The notes beneath the pieces are model-generated. The model was not told the origin of the DNA. It saw only the letters and a program-made list of their open reading frames with translations, and searched no databases. Positions 1-12,430 of a stretch of 64,000 bases of DNA are shown here, piece after piece (within the stretch, counting starts at the first letter, position 1; every line of letters starts with the position of its first letter). The position numbers and the translations under genes are program-made. The stretch lies in contig MU057416.1 in NCBI GenBank assembly GCA_013265495.1, positions 614,545 through 678,544 of the forward strand, in the 5' to 3' direction. This DNA is from Vicugna vicugna (Eukaryota).

Positions 1-1412
1 AAAGTGTACCTCTGTTTTGAAATAAAAGTAAAGACTTGACTTTAAGCAGAGGTTAGGGTCAGGCCAGGTCAGACATCTGATTCCCCAGGTCAGGCCTCTT
101 CAGCCCCTGATCCACCCAGGCAAGCATCGTGTGCGAACCCTCCTCTGACAAAAGCCCCGAAAACAAGGCATTTTAATACAATCCGGACTAATTAGGCTTC
201 CAAGTTAGCATAAAGGCACACTAAAAAAAAAAAAAACACAGAGCCCGTCTCATTGTATGGCAATTAAAAAGTGCATTGTGAACAAAGAATGGCCGACGTG
301 AAAAGTGGCATGAAGCAAATTATCCTATTTTCCCAAATTTCAGGAAAATCATTTTCCCAAAGTAATAGGATTATCCGTCACAAAGAATGTTTGAAACTCT
401 ACTGTTTTATATGCCAACAAATCCAGCCATGGAAAAAAGAAACCAGGAGCAGCCTCCAGCAGAAACACAATGGAAGAGGCTCGTGGGTGTGTTTGGCCCA
501 TTATTTACAAGCGAAAAATTCCTTTGTTCACTGTGCGTCTCGAACAGACTTATGGCCAGACCTGACAGACCAGTCTCCGACCAAACCAAATCCCCTGTAT
601 TTGCAGGAATCTGACTGATACACACTTAGGAGATCTCAGGTCCCACTATTGGCAGGAGGGAAGGTCTTGTGTGTTTATGAACAAAAATTATGCATAACTG
701 ATTATATGATGAACATTCCAGCATAAGATGCATCCACACCATTTTGAAACTTGAGGCTGCCACACCACTGAATTTATTTTGTGCCTTTGAGGCATATTTA
801 ATACAGGGGAGGTTTTCTCTTTACTGTGAAATTCCTATTATGCTAACTCTTTAATTTGCAGTAAATGAAGTCAGTCATCTTACCCTCGGGGTAAAATAAC
901 ACTGGGGAAATAAATGTTTTAGAAAATATTCAAAATAAACCTGCTGGAGGAATAACTTACCTCCTGCTCCTATCTGCATCTTCATACATAACACCACGGT
1001 GAATACGTTCAAGAAATAGACAGAAAGAAATTTAAAAGTGTATTTTTCTGGTTTCATTACTTCTTTTCATGGTCAAGTTCTGGATACATTATTAAAATAA
1101 ATTGTTTATTTTATTCTTCCATTTGCATGAGCTGAACTATAATTTTAGTCAAACCTCCCCACAACAGAAAAACCTCACTCACTATGTGATCATCTCCAAC
1201 AAGAGTGTTGGGGTGGAGGCCCAGCTCTCCAGCTCCCTCATCGCGTCGCTCAGTTCACAACACAGAGACAGTTCACCACTCAGCGAGCTAGTGCAGACCC
1301 TAAACTTTACACACATTTTAGAATTGTTTGTAAATGCATTTTCCACAGCACAGAAGTAGTCAATATAGTAATGGTCGCCTCTCTGTAAAAGGCTCCCCTG
1401 TTCGTCCTCTTC

Positions 1413-1539
1413 TTTTTTTTTTTTTTAACGGATGTACAGTCAGTTACATTGTGTCAGTTTCTGGTGTGCAGCACAGTGTCCCAGTCATGCACATACATAC
1501 ATTTGTTTTCATTTTCTTTTTCATTAAAGATTATTATAT
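1413..1539 (-). mobile_element. Short 5'-truncated L1 3' end (cetartiodactyl/camelid type)
   Basis: Poly-T followed by 'gtacagtcagttacattgtgtcagtttctggtgtgcagcac', the reverse complement of the L1 3' terminus seen elsewhere in the window (e.g. 8700-8750). Confidence 0.85.
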
Positions 1540-2322
1540 TTATATGCTGGGCATAGATAAAGACAGTGTAAGTGACTGCAGAAAGGGAAGACAGGCTAAA
1601 AGAAACATTTGAAAAAAAATTAGTCTTTGTGATGGAGTGAACACCCATGAGAAATAAATGGAGAAATCAACATTTAATCGAAAAATGTCTTGGATAGAAG
1701 GCTGATATTAAAACAAAAGAATGAACCACAAGTGTAGCCCGAGGTGGAAGCAGCACATGCAAAGTGTCAGGTGCGGGTGCGTGTTTATAGTTCATTTATT
1801 TTTCAGGTGGAGCATCTGAGATAGTCCAGAAAATCAAGAAATAAGTCGGTGGACGGAGAGAAGGGTTGAGTAAGGCCAACCAGAAAACAACCCAGGAAAC
1901 CAGAGAATGTTTCCTTGGATTGTTTGCAAATAGCAGTGATTGAACCATGAGCCCAGGGAAAGAGTTTCTGGAACACGTGATACGTAGATTCCCGGTTCCC
2001 TCTTAGCTGTTGGTCCAGGCGTTTCCAAGAAGAGGCAGGAGGATGTCCGGCCTCTTTTTGGACATCGTCTCTAAGAAAAACTCCTTCAATTGTCCATGGG
2101 ACCTACTGGAATGTTATCTTGGCATACCCAATCGAATATTCACATGACACATTCACTTGGCTTGGGTGTTCCCGCTTTGGGAAGTTACATGTACATTAGA
2201 CTCTGGCCAAGGTAAAAAGAAGAAATTTTATTAATGTTTTGCAGATACACTTGGCAGGTCAGGCGGGAAGACCCAGCTCTGCTGCAGAGAGGACTATAAG
2301 CAACACGAAAAATTCATGAGTC

Positions 2323-2407
2323 GGTGGGGTGGGCATAGCTCAGTAGTAGAGTATATGCTTAGCATGCAGGAGGTCCTGGGTTCAATTCCCAATCCCTCCA
2401 TTTAAAT

Positions 2408-2444
<37 letters not shown>

Positions 2445-2469
2445 AACCTAGTTACCCCTCATCCCCCCC
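2323..2469 (+). mobile_element. tRNA-derived SINE (Vic-1-like, camelid)
   Basis: A-box 'tagctcagtagtaga' and B-box 'ggttcaattccc', then a (TACA)n(CA)n tract and 'aaacctagttacccc' tail. 14-bp TSD aaaattcat(g/t)agtc at 2309-2322 and 2470-2483. Confidence 0.9.
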
Positions 2470-3302
2470 AAAATTCATTAGTCTACTCCTTGCTATGTTA
2501 AGAATAAAAAAAACCTCCCAATTTAGATAGCACTGGTTCAGTGGTTTAGTGGAAGTTCACAATTTAGAATTTCAGTTCAATTAGTTTTGACAATCAAATT
2601 AAGATGAGCATTAGCTTACATACATTCGCTTTCCTAATATAACTGTGCTCAGAGAGTTGATTTGAACCTCACTAAATGGAAGTCTATGCAATGACAATAA
2701 TATCTTGAAATCATTTGGCTGATTTTAGTACAAGGGATTTGGAATGCTTTGCAAACATTTTGACCATTAATTACAATTTCAGATAAAGAACCAATGGCAG
2801 ATTGAGCTGCTGTCCTATGACTTATTTCAGCTGCTCAGGGATAGGAGGAAGAGCGGGCCATGGGCAGAGACCACATTGGGTGATTTTTCAGGCACTGAAC
2901 TTCTTGCAACATTCCACGTCTCCTTCCTCAACTCTAAAAAATATTTTCCTTGCAAGATCTTCGCGCTATCTGAAATTCAAACACCAGTCAGTCTATTTCG
3001 AGCACCAACTTAGAAGATGTTAAAAGATATTACCACGCCTCTCTAGAAGGAGAAATGTCCTAAGACAGCAACCACCACCACGTCTTTGGGGTGGATTAGG
3101 GCGCTAGACTGGTTATCCGGTCAACCTGCAGGTTCTAGAGAGACAGGTTCATTCCGGGGCACATGAGGAGATCCGGGCACCACCTGGGCAGAGGAGGAGT
3201 AAGAGGTCGAGACAGCGTGGAGCACCATGAACCAGCCCTCTGTCAGGTGGGGAGAGCCAGTCCTGGAGGATGGAGAGGGCATGACAGCAGCTCAGGAAAC
3301 TC

Positions 3303-3825
3303 TGTCCCGGTCGTCTATCGCTGCGTGACCCGTCCCCCAGCGCCCCGGGCTTAGAACACCCACGCTCCTCTTACTGTGTCTCACAGTGTCTGTGGATCGG
3401 AACTTGGGAAGGACTTGAAAGTGTGTTTTGGCTCGGGGCCTCTCCTGGGGTTCGTCAGCCAGCAGCTGGAACTAGCTCAGGCGGGTGGGGGCCAGGGAGA
3501 GCTGACGGGGGGGCTGGAGGAACTCAAGTGATCTCCTCAGGTTTAAACAGGTCTGACTGTCTCAGCATGGTAACAGGGGGACAGTCAGACTATCTACACG
3601 TGCCTGGGGACTGAACGGGGAGCCCTCAAGTAAACAAAACACAGGTTCAATAACCCGCTGTGATCAAGCCTCAGAACGCACAGGGCGTTACTCCTGCCAT
3701 AACTTACCAGTTAAAACAAGTCACAAAGGTCTCCCCACTGGGAGGAGAGCCGAAGTCACACCGGAGGGAAAGCGTATGGGACAGGACACACCGCTGCAGT
3801 CAGCCTGGGAACACACGGTTGGCCA
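3303..3825 (-). mobile_element. MaLR solo LTR (old MLT1, G/H-like)
   Basis: MLT1-like motifs 'tctatcgctgcgtgac...ggcttagaac...tctcacagtgtctgtggatcggaac' and 'agcctcagaacgcacagggcgttactcctgcca'. Subfamily is approximate. Confidence 0.65.
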
Positions 3826-5949
3826 GGCTGAGGATGGGCCGGACACTGACTTCCCCTGTGTCGGCCTCTGCACGTCACCCGTGCAGTCAGCAAAGTTACG
3901 TCTGTACGTGCTCACAGATGCAAGCAAACCGTAGCTCACTCACCCCCTCGGGAAGGATACTCACCGAAATCAGACAAGATTGAAAGAATCATTTCTACAA
4001 TCAACTGTAACATAAATCCACATTTCTTCCACATTTTTAGAGAATTTACTGTATGTCAAATGTGCTAAATATCTCTGATTTAATTTACATTAAGTTAATT
4101 CTCATTAAGAAATTAATTTAATTAATTTATATCTGTTGATTTGATTATCATTTACTTCCTCACAATACTCTGTAGTAAACACACACAAGGAACCTGCGAT
4201 CAGAGGTGGGAAAGCGTTACGGGCACGCCTCTGTGCAGCATGATGAAACGCCCCCCGGTCTTTCACAGCTGAAGACAGAGACCGGGCGGCCCTAAACCCA
4301 TACATAGTCCAAGGGGGCTTCATCTCAGAAACAGAAACAAACCGTAAGCTGACTAATTCTTACTAAAACTGCAACTCAGAACCAATGCAGCTTAATGACT
4401 AACGTGTAGCACAAAACATGGAGAACGTTTTGTGGGGAGGAAATACAATCCAAAGCCTCTATGATTGAAACAATGTCTTTCCTTGAAGAAGAACTCAAAA
4501 GACGTGAGAACACAGATATACAGAGAACACCGAGTGAGGCAAGAGAACAGAGGAAGATGAGAATGGGACAAAAGTAGTGTTTGAAGAGAAAATGGCTAAG
4601 AATTTTCCTAAAGTCATGAGGACACACTGACCCACGGATTCGAGAAGCTCAGAAAACCCCAAGAATGAAAATTGGGAAAAATAAAACACTGAGGCGGGTC
4701 AACATCCAAGTGCTGAAAACTGAAACCAAAGACAAAATCTTAAGAGCAGACGGGGACAAATGACACATTACTTTTTAACATGTGACGTTAAATCCGAAGG
4801 CTAACATCTGAAGCACAACGGTAAAACCAAAACCTAGAAGAGAGACAATGGAGTCACACCTGCTCGGTGCCCGAAAGGTGAAAACCTGCCACTTTACAAT
4901 CCTGATACCTCGGTACACATCCTCCAAAAAGTTGGGCAATACAGGCATTTTCAGATACCACCCCCCAAAAAAAGGAGCTAAAAACGTGTGCCACTTGGCC
5001 TGCACAAGTATTACTCACGGAGTTCCTTTAGGCTGAAAGGAAATGATAATAAATGGAAGAAGAAAGTTCCAGAAGAAAAGAGAAGCACCAGGGAAGGTCG
5101 ACTCGTGGAGAAAAATAAATAACGTGACTTTTAAACCAAGAGTGATAATTGTGCCTTGTGAGCTTATAACGTAAGAAGAAATAAAATATTTGTCAACAAT
5201 ACCAAAGAGTGAGCCTGGGGGGGGAGAGTATAATAAATCAAGTTAAATGCTTTTCACTTTCTGCATCATTCAAAAAGTGGGAAAATCTGTAATTTAAAGG
5301 AGATTATAGTAAGTCAGGGGTACATATTTTAAACCAAGAAAATCAAAATATAATTTAAAAAACTAATAAGAAGAGATAAAACAAGATCAAAAAGCCATTA
5401 AGACTATAGGATACTTAAACATTATTAGCCAAGTGGATTTTCTTGATATTTATTGAACCCCATACACAAGAGTTGAAGAGTAGATATTTTATGGCATGCC
5501 ACGGAACACTCAAAATAATCAAATTAGTGCTAGAACACAAGTACGAACACATTTTAAAATACTGGAAGTGTGTAAAGTATGTCTGACAACAGAAATTAAA
5601 TCAGAAACCAACACAATTAAAACCAAACAGAACTATCACTAGGAAACCCCCAGATGACTGAAATTAGGGCACACGTTTGTAAACAACAGTGAGTAAAGAA
5701 GAGACGGAATAAAAACTGGAATATACTTAACCTGAATGACAACAAAAACTTGCAGATCAAAATGTGCAGGATGCAGCTTAAACAGGGCTCAGAAGAGGCT
5801 TTACAGGCACACATGCAAATATAGAAAGAGAGGACTGAAAATCAGGCACTAAGAGGCCATTTCAAAAAACGAGAGAACAGACATCAGAGGCAGTCGGAGG
5901 AAGGCAAGGGAAAGATAAGACCAGTAAAACCACAAACAGGCAGATGCAG

Positions 5950-6282
5950 TCACTCCACTCATAGGTGGGATCGAGTCTCAAAGAAGGACACAAATGAAAC
6001 TATTTACAAAACAGAAGCCGACTCCCAGAGACAGAAAACAAACTGTGGTTCCCCGGGGGGAAGAGTGGGGGGCGGGGGTAAACTGGGAGTCCAAGAGTGG
6101 CAGATAGCCCTACTACATATAAAACAGACAAACAGCAAGGTCCTACTGCGTAACGCAGGTGTTCAGTACCTTTTCACAATCTATGATGGAGAAGAATATA
6201 TACGTGTGTGTACGACTGAACCACACTGCTGTGCACCAGAAGCCAATACAGTATTGTAAACCAACTATACTTTAACAAAAAA
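5950..6282 (+). mobile_element. 5'-truncated L1 3' UTR fragment
   Basis: 'acaaatgaaactatttacaaaacagaa...aacagcaaggtcctactg...ctgtgcaccagaagccaatacagtattgtaaaccaactatac' followed by an A-rich tail. Confidence 0.85.
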
Positions 6283-6451
6283 TACACAAATATACACAAA
6301 TACTTCTTGACTAAAAGCTATAAAACATTTCTGAGATAAATGTAAGAATACCTAAACACACAGATATACTATGCTCATCAATCGGAAAACTTAATATTGC
6401 TGAAATGTCAAGTTTTCCTATAGAAAAAAAAAGTAATCTCAGTTAAAATCC

Positions 6452-6893
6452 TGTATTTGTTTCTGTGGCTGCTGTAACGAAGCACCCAAACCTGGGTGGC
6501 CAGAAACAACAGAACAGATTTTCACAGGTCAGAAGGCTGAAACCAGGCCGTCGTGAGGCCAGCCTCCTTCCAGAGGCTCAGGGGGAAATCTCTCCCCTTC
6601 CAGCTGCTGGTGGCCGCCTGCATTTCCTGCATGTCTTTGGCTGGTGGTCACATGCCTCCAGTCCCTGCCTCTGTCTTCACACAGCCCTGTCTGTACCTCC
6701 AGTCTCCCCCACCTCCCTCTGGGAAGCACGTTTATGACTAGACTCAGGGCCTGCGGGCATAACCTGGCATGACCTCTGCATCTCAAGACCTTAATCACAG
6801 CTGCAAAGGTCCTCTCTCCAAGTAAGTTAGCATTTACAGGCTCCAAGGTTTGGATGTGGACATATTTTTGAGGTTACCACTCAACCCACTACA
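6452..6893 (-). mobile_element. MaLR solo LTR (MLT1C-like)
   Basis: TG...CA termini ('tgtatttgtttctgtggctgctgtaac' ... 'ccactcaacccactaca') and typical MLT1B/C internal motifs. Confidence 0.85.
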
Positions 6894-7223
6894 AACCTCA
6901 ACAGGATTTTTTATTTTTAGAAATTAATAAACTGATTCTAAAATTACACAAACATGCCTGGAAAAGCCAAGTCAATTCTGAAGAAGAGGAATGACCTTGG
7001 AGGACTTGCACCGATATCAAGACTTACTGTAAAGCAACGGGCATTTAGGCAGAATATGCATAGAAACAGAGAAACCTCTGGGGTAAACAGAACCCAAAAC
7101 GGCTTACGGTTTGTGACAAAAGTTCCATGACCATTCAGTGGGGAAAAAATAATCTTTCAACTCAACGATGCTCGGATGAGTGGATCTCCATACAGAAACA
7201 AAGAAAGAAAAAACCTGGCTCCT

Positions 7224-7566
7224 TGTCTTAGTCAGACTGAGCTGCTGAGACAGCCTGGACAGCTCACACACCACACAGATGTGTTACTCACAGCTCTGGG
7301 GGTCGGGAGCTCACGATCAGGGTGCCAGCGGGGTCAGGCTCTGGTGAGGGGTAGCTTCCTGGAGGCAGGCTGCCGACTTCTCTGTGAACCTTTACGTGCT
7401 GGAAAGCAGGTAAGAGAGCAAGGTGGGGCCTCTTTCATAGGTCACTAGTCCTACTCTTAAGGGCTCCACCCTCGTGCCCCAACCACCTCTCCAAATATTA
7501 TCTCTCTTGGAGTTAGGATTCCAACATATGAATTCAGCAGAGCACACAGACATCCAGTCCACAGCA
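7224..7566 (-). mobile_element. MaLR solo LTR (MLT1A-like)
   Basis: 'tgtcttagtc...ctcacagctctggggg...atcagggtgccagc...catatgaatt...acatccagtccacagca'. Confidence 0.85.
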
Positions 7567-7604
7567 CGCCAGCCTCACACTGTGCATAAATATGACCTGA
7601 CATG

Positions 7605-8002
7605 GGTCGCAGGTGAGGGCTCTGGGAGCAGGGACTAACACAGGGACCCAGCGTCTGAGATGCACTGGTGGCATGTTCTTTAGGAGAAAAAAAAAAGTGT
7701 ATGAGAGAGACTAAGCCAAATGAAGGAGAGCAAGAAGCTGAACACTAAGGTCCTGGCTTGATCCACAGCTTGGGTCTCCCCACATGAGCTGTACCCACCG
7801 ATCTTCTTCCCTGAGTGAAGACTGGCACCTCACACACCTGCATCAGCCTGGTACTAGCCACCGCCACGGTCCCAGGGACAGGTCTAACATCCCACCCAGT
7901 CTGTGAGCCCTTATCAACGGCCACTCACAGCGGCTGGAGATGAATGGGTGCAGCCACCTGAGAAAGCAGGAGCCAGGCAGGGGCCCCACGACATTTACTA
8001 CA
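7605..8002 (-). mobile_element. ERVL-class solo LTR (LTR33/LTR16-like)
   Basis: Starts 'gtcgcaggtgagggctctgggagcag' and ends 'gccaggcaggggccccacgacatttactaca', resembling LTR33/LTR16 termini in reverse orientation. Confidence 0.55.
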
Positions 8003-8387
8003 AGGTAGATCATGAAAGTAAAATAAAGAACATGGGAAAAATAGGAAAGTACCCTCAGGAACTTGTGGTTAGGTCATTATTTCTTAAATAGGACATAAAC
8101 AGAATTATAAAAGAATAAATGGATATATCATACTTTATAAAAATCAAGAACTTCTGGTAAATTTAAAAAAAAAATCACCATTAAGAAAGTGAGAAGAAAA
8201 ACCACAGCAATTTCTGTATCTAACACGGAATTCACGTCCAGAATAGCCACGGAGCTTCCACAGATTAAAAGGACAGTCGGATTAAAAAGTGGGCAAAGTG
8301 GCTGAATTAACATCTGAATATCAATAGGAGAAGAGCTGTTCAAACTAACTATTCAAAGCACAGGGAATTGTAAAATAAAGCATATAT

Positions 8388-8755
8388 GATATCATTCACA
8401 TGTGGAATCTAAAAAAAAAGAAACAGGAAAAAGAGGACACTAATGAACTCATCTACAAAACAGAAACAGACTCGCAGACATAGTAAACAGTCTTATGGTT
8501 ACTGGGGGAAAGTGGGAGGGAAGGGATAAATTTGGGAGTTTGAGATTTACAAATGTTAACCACTCTATATAAAAACAGATAAAAAACAAATTTCTTCTGT
8601 ATAGCACAGGGAACTATATTCAATACCTTGTAATAACTTTTAATGAAAATGAAAAATATATATATATATATATATATATATTCATGACTGGAACATTATG
8701 CTGTGCACCAGAAATTGACACACTGTAAATGACTATACTTCAATAAAAAGTAAAG
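8388..8755 (+). mobile_element. 5'-truncated L1 3' UTR with TSD
   Basis: Well-preserved L1 3' UTR. Perfect 13-bp TSD ataaagcatatat at 8375-8387 and 8756-8768. Confidence 0.92.
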
Positions 8756-9269
8756 ATAAAGCATATATATTATGCCTATTCATTTATCAAAGAACCCAGT
8801 ATTAGCAAGGATGTAGGCTGGATACATGAAATGCAATTTGGCAAAGTATCACAAAATATAAACGGAATGGATCCTCAACAAGCACTTTGTTGAGACAGGC
8901 AAGAGCACTTCTACCATAAAAACATTACATCTTATCTTGACAGCAATACGTATCTGATTCCTCTAATTCTCTTTATCTTAATTCCATGCTCATGAAGGAG
9001 CCTTCTGATTTTCATTTAGTTTCTCAGTGAGAGCCACTAGTAGAAACCTACCTGTCAGGAGTGTCGCGTTCCCTGTGATGACTTCTCATTTCAGAACAAC
9101 AAACTAGCATTCTGACTCCAATCCGACTCCCAAGCCCCCACAGTGGGGAGGAAAACACCGACTGTGTTGTTTCAAATACTCTGCTCTTGTTGCTCACGTT
9201 CATTCTCATTTTAAAGGAATAAACTATTGTTCTGCTTTCACACACAAACCTCATGCCCTTGGATATTTC

Positions 9270-10020
9270 CACTCAAGAATTCAATGACTATTTACAACTC
9301 TGCATAGTTCTAAGACCCGGGGTACATCAGCACATTAAGAAGACCAGTACTAGTGCCTATTTTCATGAATCTTACGTTAGTGCTTAAATCCACAGTGCTT
9401 AAAAGGACTATGCAGAAAGCTAAAATATAGTGACACGCCACAGCGTGCCTGAGTGGCTAATACAGACTACCTGGCTAGAAAAGGTGTCTCTGGGAAGGTC
9501 ACCTTAAATCTGATTCCTGGATGACAAGAAAAAGCCAGTCATGCCAAAATGAGGAGGAAGAACATTTCGAGCAGGGGAAATGGATAAACGCCAAAGCCCT
9601 GCAGTGGGAATGAGCCAGAAGTTCTCAAAGTCATTCAGGATTATATATCCACGTTCAGAGAACAGAAACAAAGCAGGGTGGCCACGGGAGTTCCGGGCAG
9701 AGTTTACGATGTGAGAGAGGAAGGTGGGGACAAGGAAGGCGGCTGGGTAGTGAGAAGCAGGTTTTCTGAATGAGATGGAAGCTGTTGAAAGGTTTCATGC
9801 CATGAACTGGTTTATATTTTGAAAATATGATTCAACCCAGTGGAGAACAGATTATAAAAACATAAAGAGCGAAAGTAAGAAAACCGGAGCAGAATCTCCT
9901 GCAAAAGTCTAAACGAGAAATAATGCGCAAGAGAACAGGAGATGGAAGACAGTGAAACTACTCAGAATATACTTTGATGGTGCATCAACAGAACTTGACA
10001 ATGGAATGGCTACAGGGAAA
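9270..10020 (-). mobile_element. L2 LINE fragment
   Basis: L2-like 'aaggtgtctctgggaaggtcacc...gccagtcatgccaaa...gaagaacatttcgagcagggg...aaagccctgcagtgggaatgagc'. Confidence 0.7.
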
Positions 10021-10559
10021 GAGCTGAGGGCTCTTGCTCAGGTCCTTGACTCCTAAGGGAGACCGGTACAGATGAGGATCAGCCACATGTTTTCAAGGGA
10101 CAAAGCTGAACTGGGAGCAGTAGGCAGCAAGTGTCCAGTGCTGACACCGGCTGATTTCTTGGCTCTCTGATCCCCACCAAGAACAATATGCAAGACACCA
10201 CTGATTGGAAACTCAAGAGACCAGGCTTCCGAGCTCTGCCCTGACCCTCGAATTCCCTGGTGGCCTCAGTTCCTCAGCTCTTGAGGGGTGTTGATGTTGA
10301 CTAGGACCTAAACCTTCCATGATGCTGGGCTCTAGAAAGGAAGGAGGAGCCAAATTCAGAAACGAGGGGCAGGAGAGGAGACAAGGATAAAACCAGAGTG
10401 GGGGAGGGGAGGGGAAGAAGGAGAAGAGAGGAGGTGGGGCGGGATCTGGAACGACACACAGGCAGGGGAGTGAGAGGGGCTCCTCCCACAGCAGCCCCAG
10501 GAACAGGTGAGCCGGATCTGAAGACCAGCCCCTCTGCAACCCAAAGCCCCGCCCAGCTA

Positions 10560-11600
10560 GCCACTGCTTGTCCTCTGGCTTCAAGCCTCCAACGTCCTTG
10601 CCTTGCTGGGCCTCGGCTCCACGACGCAGGCCTCTCCCGCAGCCCCTGGCCCTCGCCCTCCACCACTTCCTCCAGGGTACCTCTGCGCCCCTGGTTCGTC
10701 CTGGTCCCTCCCTCCCCTTCCTTGTTGTCCCTTGGTGGTGGCAGGGTGGGGCGGGGACAGAGGAGCAGCCGAGGTGGAGGAGGAGGGGCTGCTGCGCGGG
10801 CGACACAGGGCACCTACCTCGCATCTCCTGCCCCGGCCTGGTCTCGCTGCCCCTCAGGGGGCCAACAAGCCGAGGGCTTCCAGGGCAGGGGCCGGCGTTC
10901 ACCCAAGGTGCGAGGCGGAGTGGGCTGTGGGGCAGCTGGGGGAGGCCGTGGGAGGAGTGGGGCCCCAAGGAAGCAGCTTTCTCTCTGCTCTGGTTGCTTC
11001 CTNNNNNNNNNNNNNNNNNNNNNNNNNNNNNNNNNNNNNNNNNNNNNNNNNNNNNNNNNNNNNNNNNNNNNNNNNNNNNNNNNNNNNNNNNNNNNNNNNN
11101 GGGCGTTTCCCACAGCCCGCTGCCTGCAGCCCCAGGGTCCTACACAGGCGCCCGACGCGGTGGTCCTGGAGGGGCGGCCCCCAAACTGGGAGGAGGCCCT
11201 GCGGGTGATGAGACCTGCGCGGACAGACGGCACCCCGGGGAGGAGGAGGCCTGCGCGGCGGGAGAGGTAGGTGGGCGCGCGGGGCGCGGCGGGCGGGGGT
11301 CCAGGCTGCGGGCCTCGGCCTGGGCCCAGGTGTGCGGCGCGTGCGCGGGACTCCGGCTCTCAGCCCGGGAGGCGCACCTGCACTTGTCAGCTCCGAGTTC
11401 TGCCTCCCGACAGCAGCCCGTCAGCCCTCGCCTGCTAAGAGCTGACTTCGTGTCCCGCTCAGTGTTGAGATCTTACCAGCGAACGCCCGTGTCCCCCTTC
11501 TCCTGGTACGGCCCTTCTCCCAGGACTTTGGGCACAAAAGTTACCTGTGCCTCCCCTCCCGCCGTCCACCGCGCCTTCGTATAGGCAGGTGTCCAGCTCT
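10560..11600. promoter_or_regulatory. CpG island, likely promoter
   Basis: Very high GC with dense CpG, e.g. 'gggcgcgcggggcgcggcgggcggggt' at 11273-11300, and GC-boxes (gggcgg). The associated gene was not identified. Confidence 0.7.
11003..11100. other. Assembly gap (98 N) inside the CpG island
   Basis: Run of N. Confidence 0.99.
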
Positions 11601-11734
11601 GTCAATCCTTCCCTCACAATCTCGCCCAGATTCGTTTCGTTTCAGAAATTCAAAGACCACAGTCATAACCTAAAAGTAATACTCTACAGCGTTTACGTGG
11701 GTCAGGGGCCACTGTAAATAAATAGGTAAACAAA

Positions 11735-12430
11735 TGAAAAACATCAACACGAAGTATGGAGTGATATATGCGTATCGCTGCTTGCTGAAGGGGACGGGAG
11801 GAAACTGTTGGCGTGTGGCGAGGGGTGCTGCGGAGGAGGAGAGGAGGTGGTGTCTGAGTTCAGGAAGCGGCATTGCGGTAGCTTCCCGGTCCCCTGCTCT
11901 CCAGTCCGCCGCCGGAGTGGGCTCTGCAGAGCACCGCTTTTTCAGTTTAAGCCGAAGAGACAGATTTGCTGTTTCCTAGATGTTAAGCTAGGCGTTTTTA
12001 TTTTTATTTGGAGACAATGCAGAGTCATAGTAAGAAATAGAATGAGATAGTGATAGGGAGTGAAAAGTGTTTGCCTGGAAATCTAAAGATCTGTGTCCAA
12101 AACTCAGATAACTGAAGTTTCCTGGAGAGAATGAAGAAAAAAATTATATACAAACATATATTCATTCCTTCCAGGAAACTTCAATTTAAAATATATGTAT
12201 GTATTAAATGTTTTTAAAACGATGAAATGAAAAACGGCTACAATAATGTCAGGCCATCGAGGTTTTCTGATTTGGGGCCAGTTATGGACAAAACAGCGAC
12301 TTGATGCCCTTTATGCCCAGTGCCTTGAGCGTCACTTTTTGTTGCCACTTTGGGAGTGCCTTTCCCAGCCCAGCCACCCCACGCCTTCGTGCTCTTCTGT
12401 AACCCCCTCTCCAATCCTAATCCTAAGTGC
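11735..12430 (+). mobile_element. CR1/L3 LINE remnant, block D (C-terminal ORF2 and 3' end)
   Basis: KYGV~EYCV, RVARGA (11812-11829)~RVQRRA, FSLSRRD..AV (from 11941)~FSLEKRR..D..AV, KQRLD (12291-12305)=KQRLD. 'cccctctccaatcctaatcctaag' resembles the CR1 3' terminus. Compared by eye with remembered CR1 consensus. Confidence 0.6.

Larger units (their letters stand above)
4440..8900 (+). mobile_element. Old L1M element (ORF1 to ORF2 remnants) fragmented by younger insertions
   Basis: ORF1-like 'tttgaagagaaaatggctaagaattttcctaaa...aaagacaaaatcttaagagcag' (4580-4750). ORF2 endonuclease-like sequence at 5400-5900. RT/3' ORF2 pieces at 6300-6450, 6895-7220 and 8003-8340. Confidence 0.75.

Noticed and set aside
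2323..2400. tRNA gene (also at 43544 and 55822)
   Set aside because: A/B boxes are present, but the A-rich tails and the TSDs on two of the copies mark them as SINEs.
961..3960. Possible U12-type intron on the minus strand (GTATCCTT at 3960-3953; TTCTTGAAC...CAC near 1000)
   Set aside because: GT-AC termini are atypical, the branch site is imperfect, the next putative intron (902-960) would be only 59 nt, and the peptide is not recognised.
10213..11584. Long ORFs (251-338 aa) over the CpG island
   Set aside because: They are open on both strands and in several frames because of GC richness, are low-complexity P/G/R/A, and three of them read through the N-gap. No recognisable domain.
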